Positions 56,020 to 64,000 of a stretch of 64,000 nt of DNA are shown piece by piece; the stretch's first letter is position 1; each line of letters starts with the position of its first letter. The position numbers and the translations under genes were made by a program. Origin of the DNA: Trichosphaerium sp. ATCC 40318 (taxonomy: Eukaryota > Protista > Tubulinea); the NCBI GenBank assembly GCA_038496445.1, contig JALMLS010000065.1, forward strand, positions 372,001-436,000, written 5' to 3'. Under the pieces are notes generated by a model. The model was not told the DNA's origin. It searched no databases and saw only the letters and a list, made by a program, of their open reading frames with translations.

Positions 56020-56293
56020 GCAACTTATACAGGCAAAATAAAGATAACATGATTTAGTAGCTTTAGAGTTTGAAGTATGTGTTAATAGAGAACCTTCCTG
56101 CTATTGTAGGTACTAACACAGAAAAGAAATAATACAAACATCATCATTGTCCTGTTACCCTTCACTTTATAGCTACAATGCTTTCAAGACACGGGATAGA
56201 TTGTACGCTTCAGCTCCAATCTGTCGCTTCGGTTAAGACCAGAAGCTGACCTTTACTATCAAAGGCTTGTATATCGATAAAAAGATGAACAGT

Positions 56294-56433
56294 AACTGAC
56301 CAACCTATTTAATGGGTATGCTTCGTTCTGTTGGTTTCAAACAAACATTCCCTTTACAGTATGTGAACTGAACAACCTATTTAGTGGTTATGATTCGTTC
56401 TGTTGGTTTCAAACAAGCGTTTCCTTTTACTGT
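56294..56433 (+). repeat. 72-bp-period imperfect tandem duplication at the end of the A/B shared flank
   Basis: aactga(c/a)caacctattta..ttcgttctgttggtttcaaacaa occurs twice here but once in the copy A flank. Confidence 0.85.
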
Positions 56434-56481
56434 TCAAAAAGGCCTTGCAAACTTGCATAACTGTAACTTTTTATTGTCTCT

Positions 56482-58347
56482 TTAAGGTTGTCTCTTTTTG
56501 AGTACAACTGATAGATCTGGATTTGGCTCAACCAAGAACATTCCACTGTATGTATCTTCAACACTCATTGGATTTTCATTTTGATCTATTTAAATAAAAG
56601 GTTAGAAACGTGATGTGTATTTCGGAAACTATGACATACCAGGTGGTCTTGATACTTCAAAGCGCTTTACCAATGATGATATTGTAACTACAAGCTCCAT
56701 CACAGCCAATTGTTTACCGATACAATTACGAGGACCTACTGAAAAAGGCATCCATCCAAACTTATCTCCAGTTGTTGAATCTAAAAATCGATTTGGATCA
56801 AACTCTTCAGCACGTTCCCTAAAGTTTACAGTCAGCCTAAGAATTATAAACTGGTGATGTATTACCATACACTTGAGTCTCTCATCATAACTGACTGATT
56901 GATGAAAACATCTTGTCCAGCAGGTACTACGACATCCCCAAGTTTTGTCTCTTTTGCCACTGTACGTGGTAGGCTTACACTTGGCCCGAACAACCTTAAC
57001 GTTTCCCTACATGTAGATATTAGTATAACTATGCTAATGGAGTAGCGAAATGAAGGTATTTATATATTCTTAGTAACGTACTTGATGAAGGCTTTTGTGT
57101 AAACGAAACTATTTAATTGTTGTTTTGTTGTTATCTTTGAGTCACCAGCTTTTGCAATAAATGTTAGAAATATCACATCACTTTCTTCGCACGTATGAGT
57201 GTATTGGCTTCTTCCAATAGTTTTTGTTGAACATTGGGGTATCTAGACATGACATACAACGACCATGCGAGTGTTATAGCGGTCTATGTTAGAAATCTTT
57301 AAGCATGAGAATAACCAAACCATTTTTGTGACGTACTGTATCATGCCCAGCAAAGAAGAATAGTAATGACTCATCAACAATAACGTCATCACTAAGAATA
57401 TCTGGATATTGCTTCTGAGCAAGCAACATCAACGTGATGAAATCTTGATGAGTGTTGTTGCTTAGATTCGCTTTTCTTCTTTCAATTGCTTCTTTTATTT
57501 TAGCATACAGCCCCGCACGTGTCTCTTCGAATAACCTTAAAATAGAATACATTCAATTGTGGACACTGGTATACAAGTTGGACGTACTTGTGGTTCAAGA
57601 GTCCGCCAAATAGAATTTTAAAAGCCAAGAACATTGCCGCTTCCTTTACTAGTCTTTTGAAAGCAATTGTTAAAAACTTGTAGTCGAAATCTTCACCGAA
57701 TATTAGAGCGACAATCAATCGCATTGTCATGAATACAGTCTCTGATTTTGGTTCAATGTCGAGTCGCCCATTTGATTTGTCAACCTTGTCACAAAGATCA
57801 TCAATACATTGTTCTGTAATGTCGGTTACAGTTGGTAACATTGCTGTCAAAGACTTGAAATGAAAAACGGGCGTTAAAAGTCTTCTTCTCGTCTTCCACA
57901 ACTCGTTCGTCTGGAGTGTAACTAATCCTTGGCCAAGAAGTGTCGCAGTCTACAAACGTTAAAAAGGCTGAAGAGTCAAACAAAAATGAAAAAAACACGT
58001 GCGTTTTTGTAAATCATCATCGATTTAGGTGAGTTTTCGTGAATGAGAAGTTGTTTCGCATACATCGGATCACATACCGTTAAAACAACTTTACCCTGTA
58101 TATTCATTTTCACTAGCTTGACATTCTTCCCATCCGCCGTCTTTGGCCACAATGACACTCGTTTGACAAAAATTTTTGGGTCACGAAGTAGCCTCCATAG
58201 TATGTTCTTATACTGTGGATGAATGGGTACGTCAGGGTATACGAAATATTGTTTAATGCATCCAACAATCTTTTTAAAATACAAACGATAAAATAGAACA
58301 CATGCCACTGTAAACAACAGTAAAGCGATAGTCCAAATAATAATCAT
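56482..58347 (-). CDS. Cytochrome P450 (CYP4-clan-like), copy 1
   Basis: N-terminal anchor, WKTRRRLLTPVFHF, AGHDT, KETLR, FDPNRF and heme motif PFSVGPRNCIG. The first intron is GC-AG. Confidence 0.95.
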
Positions 58348-58726
58348 AGCGTGCTAGTTGTGAGGTTATGATTGAATACTATATTTAAGAGGCATTGGAG
58401 TTAAGCCATTTAGAAGTTTACCAAGTGATATTTTGTTCACCTTGTCAGTGTACATTTATCCTTTCTCGAGGATTCTTGGATGTGCTACTAAAGAATTTTG
58501 GAACCACCAATTGAGTACATTTGGCTAATCAGATTCTGGTCTGTTTTTTTTTTGGACATCTACAAAATACCAAATGAGGCTTTTTATTTTTAGTTTGGTA
58601 CAACATACTGTACATTTCTCAATTCGAAACTATAGAAATAAACACATACTCACGCATATTGTATAGCTTTAGACGCAACTTTTACTAACAAGGTGCTGCA
58701 AAGTGAAGGTGATGTTCAAAGGATTA

Positions 58727-60114
58727 CTATTCTTTTTTAGTAACACCGTGTCCTTTTGGTTTATCCTCAGTTTTTGGAATAACAGATCCAGCAGCTAGTA
58801 CAAGTATAAGGCAACAAATACGAAAACTCCAAGTACCTTTAAGAGCTTTGGCAATGTTTGCAGTGTAGCTTCCTTGATATCTAGCGCCTTCAAGCTCTAC
58901 TTCAGAGGGCTGGCGAGATCCGTCTGTATCAGTGATAGTTGATGCGCCATATGGTGTGCAACCATCTACCAAAAGGTTCAACTAAACAATCAGTTTAGAC
59001 AAAATTACTTACTGAGGACTAAACCACGCTGCCCATTAAATGAATAAGGTACACCAGCTATGATCATACCTACGTTTTGTTAAATCATAGCAACGTACAA
59101 GATTTATTCTGTACCGTGATGCAACATAACAGTGTTCATGCTGAGAATAGTAGATTCTTGACCACCATGTTGTGACGCACTAGAAGTAAAAGCACCGCCT
59201 ACTTTGCCTGCAAGGGCTCCCTGAGGTCAAGATGTAAGAAACATTGTTAGAGTCAATATAATTACCTTGTACCAAGCTCCAGTAGTAGAATCAATAAAGG
59301 TTTTCATCTATTTCCAATTAAAAATGTTACAGCAAGGAAGTATGTTGTAACATACCTGAGCGGAAGCCATCCCAAAGTGGGTAGGAGTACCAAAGATAAC
59401 AGCATCATAGTTTCCAATATCCGCAGGATCAGCAATAGGACGTTTGAAGATGTTTAAGACAAAAGGAGTTTGAAGTTTTAGAGTACTGTGTTGAGATTAT
59501 GACAAATTACCCAAGTCTTGTCAAAATTGGGGCATATCTTTGAAATACGGGTGTAGAAAGTCAACTTTCCACGTGATTTCATACACCACTTTTTTGTCGC
59601 AAAATGTTGTTTTTGTAAACAACTGTAGCTATGGCATCTACACGCATAGCGCATGCTATTTGTACACTTTCACAAAAAGAAGTATTATCATGCGTTTCAA
59701 AAACGAATTTGCTGGGAATAGCCTTAAAAGCGTCTCCAAGATATATTTTCGCGTATGCATACGCTTTATACATTGGTTAAATTCTCCAATTAAGTGAAAA
59801 AAGTAAAGAAAAAAAAGGTAGTTTAAGGCTTTAAAAAACCTGAATCTCTACCCTTAAGGCTGTACGTACATCTTGGAACTGCTTTTGCGCTTCAATAGCG
59901 TGCATAGCTTTAAGCGTATTTTCAGGCAAAGTCTCTGCTACACGCATCAAAGATACTTCAGCTCCAGATTGTTTTGCGCCGTCAGCAACTGCTTTGGCCA
60001 TCTGAAAAACTTTGAAACAGAGTAAGCTATGAGTGTTAAACATGTTAATCACGACGTACTATGTCCATATGTTGAGTAAAACACTACTAGTACTTTCGGA
60101 GCTGCTTCGGCCAT
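58727..60114 (-). pseudogene. wrbA: Second WrbA-family gene; intron 2 acceptor missing
   Basis: Same seven intron positions as 2912-4151. There is no AG before the PIADP exon at about 59440, and PTRFG is changed to PTHFG. Confidence 0.65.
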
Positions 60115-60855
60115 GCTTTAAATTAGATTTTTCTGATAAATTTTACCGTAAAAATGGTAAAGTTTTTATGATAAGCTGAATCGCCGAAATCTCACCTTAT
60201 TTCGCATGGTTCCTAGTAGAAGTTTTTTACGAGATTGTGCCAATTTGATCCATGTTATTAGTATGTCGCAGGATTCTTGACTGAAATAGCTGTTCGCGAT
60301 GTATGCTACTTTTCGGCGATACATTTATTTCCACGAAAGTATGCTTTGGCCAATAAGGTTTTTTCGAACAAACCAAACGTGCCTACTCAATTTCGCGAAA
60401 GTAGAGCAAACTTAGTTGACCACCTTGGTAAAAAAAAAGTGAGCCTAAAAATAAACGTAATCATGAAGGAGTTTACCACGACCGACATGAGTTCTGATGT
60501 TCCTACAAAGTTTTAATAGTAATCTACATTGTAGTTTGCAAAAGTTCCGTAGATGGTATTATCTAATTTTATCACGTGATGAACTTTCGCCTTCGAGAAG
60601 GATTCAGCGTTTCATTACAATTATGTTTAATATATGACAAGGAACTGGTCTCAGCTACATTCACATGTTCACAGATCCTTTTACGAGTTTGCATTGATTC
60701 ATGTTTAGGAGTTTTTGGTAGTTTTTCGTCACAACAGTATGTGTACCATTTGCAATGTGTTTTCTTGCGTTTTGTTGATGTCGATGCAAACAGCAGATAG
60801 AACTAGAGATAGCACAAAACTTGCACGTATTGTAGTTACCGCCTACTAACAACTG

Positions 60856-60909
60856 GATGTTCCGAAGTTTTTTTGAAAATGTTGTATTGTTAGCAGTCTT
60901 CGGAACATC
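60856..60909. repeat. 12-bp perfect inverted repeat, 30-nt spacer
   Basis: gatgttccgaag ... cttcggaacatc. Confidence 0.8.
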
Positions 60910-61100
60910 TCCCTGCAGTAGCGTTTGTTCAATACAAGCTTATCTTTGTACCTGGTTTTTACTAGTAAGAGTGGCAGAAAATACAACCTTAAGGCGAGCC
61001 ACGTGTCAGGTAAAGTCGTTCTTACGATGAAAACCTTTCAGATAACGGTGAGAATACTCAAACTGACTTTTTGGCAGCACTTGCTACTTCTAAACTCGTC

Positions 61101-61565
61101 ATGCAAATCATCGTTGATATTCTCGACTGGACGCTAAGTAAACCTGTACCTCCACAGTTTATTGTAAACAACACTGTTGGTTTAATCCAATTACGCTCGT
61201 TTACGTCTGTATCTATTCATATCTATAATCTGACGCGTGCTTGTTTATTTTTAACAGTTTTAACGTCATTTTGGGGATTTGTCGGCGTATTCGTTGGTTT
61301 CCGGGCTGTGCAGTACGCTATTAAGAAATGCAAAGAATATGAACACCCTGGAGACGCTACAAGGGTAACACCACGCGAATATGGTATTTTAAGAAACACA
61401 GCTATGCTTTCATCGGGAGCTGCATTGACTTCTTGGTTTATTGAGTTAGGCACTGTTCATTATTTAACAATTTTGGCTGGCACAAACCTATTGAACTGCC
61501 TTATTGCATATCGTACTGTATTTTTAATAATGGCACCACGTGGAAGATATATTGGACCAACTTAA
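61101..61565 (+). CDS. Small membrane protein, hypothetical
   Basis: ORF with about three hydrophobic segments; the 5' structure is unresolved. Confidence 0.5.
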   Translation: MQIIVDILDWTLSKPVPPQFIVNNTVGLIQLRSFTSVSIHIYNLTRACLFLTVLTSFWGFVGVFVGFRAVQYAIKKCKEYEHPGDATRVTPREYGILRNTAMLSSGAALTSWFIELGTVHYLTILAGTNLLNCLIAYRTVFLIMAPRGRYIGPT

Positions 61566-61797
61566 CTTAAATCACGTGTACCAATTGTAAGCTTTAGTCA
61601 TGATACATTAGTGCAATATGTACAACTTGTAAATAAACAGTTCTGCACTATGAGCGTTACCGCCCTTGTCTAGACTAACAGTGGTTATTTTTCAGGCATT
61701 TTACAAAGTTTGCCATTGCACTGATGTCTTGGTCGTCAGTTAACTTTTCAGTCGTTGATTTATCACGAGATGTTTTGGTTTTATTATCTCATTTTTA

Positions 61798-64000
61798 TTA
61801 TCTCTTTTTGAGTACAACTGATAGATCTGGATTTGGCTCAACCAAGAACATTCCACTGTATGTATCTTTGGCACTCATTGGATTTTCATTTTGATCTATT
61901 TAAATAAAAAGGTTAGGTGTTAAGAGATGTTTTCTGGTTACAAATATTTCAAATATTACTAATATTCCAAATATTATGAAATAAATGTAACACTTGAAAC
62001 AAAACAGAAAAGCGCGACCAAACTACCGTAGAACGCTTTTCAGGTGTTTAGCGTAACTTTTAACAACCGACTGACAAAAAGTTTGGCAGGTTTTTCAACA
62101 ATTTCGCAACATTTAAAACATTTGCAATATTTGAAATATTTGAAATATTTTGAAATATGTAAACATCTCTTATGAAACCTGATGTGTATTTCGGAAACTA
62201 TGACATACCAGGTGGTCTTGATACTTCAAAGCGTTTTACCAATGATGATATTGTAACTACAAGCTCCATCACAGCCAATTGTTTACCGATACAGTTACGA
62301 GGACCTACTGAAAAAGGCATCCATCCAAACTTATCTCCAGTTGTTGAATCTAAAAATCGAGTTGGATCAAACTCTTCAGCACGTTCCCTAAAGTTTAAAC
62401 ATTAGCACAGCGAAAAAAACATGCGCACGACTACCAGACACTTGAGTCTCTCATTATAAGTGTCTGGATCAGGAACACATCTTGTCCAGCAGGTATTACG
62501 ACATCCCCAAGTTTTGTCTCTTTTGCCACTGTACGTGGTAGTGTCATAACAGGAGAGAACAACCGAAGCGTTTCCCTATAATATTGTATACCACGCGTTA
62601 ATATAATGACACTTGAGGTAGTTGTGACATACTTGATGAAGGCTTTTGTGTAAACGAAACTATTTAATTGTTGTTTTGTTGTTATCTTTGAGTCACCAGC
62701 TTTTGCAATAAATGTTAGAAATGTCACATCAATTTATTCATACGTATGAGTGTATTGGCTTCTTCCAATAGTTTTTGTTGAACGTTGGGATATCTAGACA
62801 TAACATACAGAGACCATGCGAGTGTTATAGCGGTCTATGTTAGAAATCTTTAAGCATGAGAATAACCAAACCGTTTTAGTGACGTACTGTATCATGCCCA
62901 GCAAAGAAGAATAGTAATGACTCATCAACAATAACGTCATCATTAAGAAGATCTGGATATTGCTTCTGAGCAAGTAACATCAATGTGATTAAATCTTGAT
63001 GAGTGTTGTTGCTTAGATTCGCTTTTCTTCTTTCAATAGCTTCTTTTATTTTACCAAGTAGCTCAGCACGTGTTTTACGGAACGGCCTTTAAAACGTAAG
63101 AAAGCACTACAAATGCGCATAAAAGAAATACAACGTACTTGTGATCCCACAGGCCACCAAAAAGGGCTTCAAGAAGCATAAACATACCAAACTCTTTGAA
63201 AAGTTTTTTGAAAGTAACAGTCATAAACTTGTAGTCGAAGTCTTCACCAAATATTAGAGCGACAATCAACCGCATTGTCATGAATACAGTCTCTGATTTT
63301 GGTTGAATATCGAGTCGCCCATTTGATTTGTCAACCTTGTCACAAAGATCATCAATACATTGCTCTGTAATGTCGGTTACAGTTGGTAACATTGCCGTCA
63401 AAGACTTGAAATGAAAAACGGGCGTTAAAAGTCTTCTTCTCGTCTTCCACAACTCATTCGTCTGGAGTGTAACTAAGCCTAAACCCAACAGCACCACAGC
63501 CTATAATACTGTAAATTATCACGAACAAAAAAGGAATTTTGACCCGAAATAGCTATTTTGTGTTAGCTTTTGACCCGATTTTTCGAGACCGGTTATGAAC
63601 ATAGGTAGCCTTGTGCAACTCTGCAAGCTACACCATTAGTGTATCCTTATGGAGTACTCTACGTGAGGCTAAGAGAACAAAGTCATGTGCGTGCTACAAA
63701 TCGAGAGTGGCCTTTTAAAAAGTACGAGTAGTAAATGTTAAAACCAAATAGCGTTATTTCAGGTCAAATCCTCATAAAACAGTTGAGAAAGTAACGAAAA
63801 ACTGACACTTGACGCACGTTTGTGTACATTATCATCGATTTAGGTGAGTTTTCGTGAATGAGAAGTTGTTTCGCATATACTGGATCAGATACCGCTAAAA
63901 CAACTCTACCCTGAACATTCATTTTCACTAGCTTACTATGCTTCCCTTCCACCGTCTTTGGCCACAAATCAATCCTGTCAGGGTATCGTTTTGGGTCTGG
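61798..64000 (-). CDS. Cytochrome P450 copy 2 (5' end beyond window)
   Basis: Same exon structure and motifs as 56482-58347; the first and last introns are expanded by insertions. Confidence 0.93.
61921..62172. mobile_element. MITE-like insertion (about 250 bp) in last intron of CYP copy 2
   Basis: Ends TA-AGAGATGTTT ... AAACATCTCT-TA with inverted subterminal aaatatttc arrays. It is absent from the equivalent intron of copy 1. Confidence 0.8.
63533..63771. mobile_element. Second MITE-like insertion in intron 1 of CYP copy 2
   Basis: Imperfect TIRs of about 30 bp (ggaattttgacccgaaatagctatttt / aaatagcgttatttcaggtcaaatcc). The intron is about 315 nt versus 53 nt in copy 1. Confidence 0.55.

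Overview
Gene-dense, AT-rich nuclear DNA of an intron-rich microbial eukaryote; an amoeboid protist is my inference. The code is standard and most introns are 40-100 nt spliceosomal, so the six-frame ORF track shows only exon fragments. About 30 genes were rebuilt by hand. They include pyruvate carboxylase, mitochondrial aspartate aminotransferase, COMT, GH65, PPR, a large ankyrin protein, a homeobox, an FG-GAP protein, BTB, two WrbA copies, two CYP450 copies, monomeric ubiquitin and an intron-bearing bacterial-type MoaB. The main candidate system is a set of four F-box/LRR genes in two inverted paralog pairs. Their F-box or N-terminal regions are nearly identical, while the 63-66 bp LRR cassettes are shuffled or hypervariable at the predicted binding face, as expected for a diversifying ubiquitin-ligase receptor repertoire. 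Second, splice donors favour C at +4 (GTACGT), and all three frame-required GC donors are GCACGT, which predicts unusual U1/U6 recognition. The window also holds two intronic MITE-like insertions, a pre-miRNA-like hairpin, a candidate structured Pol III-like RNA and a probably inactive HerA/FtsK-like ATPase. Gene models are manual and have no RNA support.
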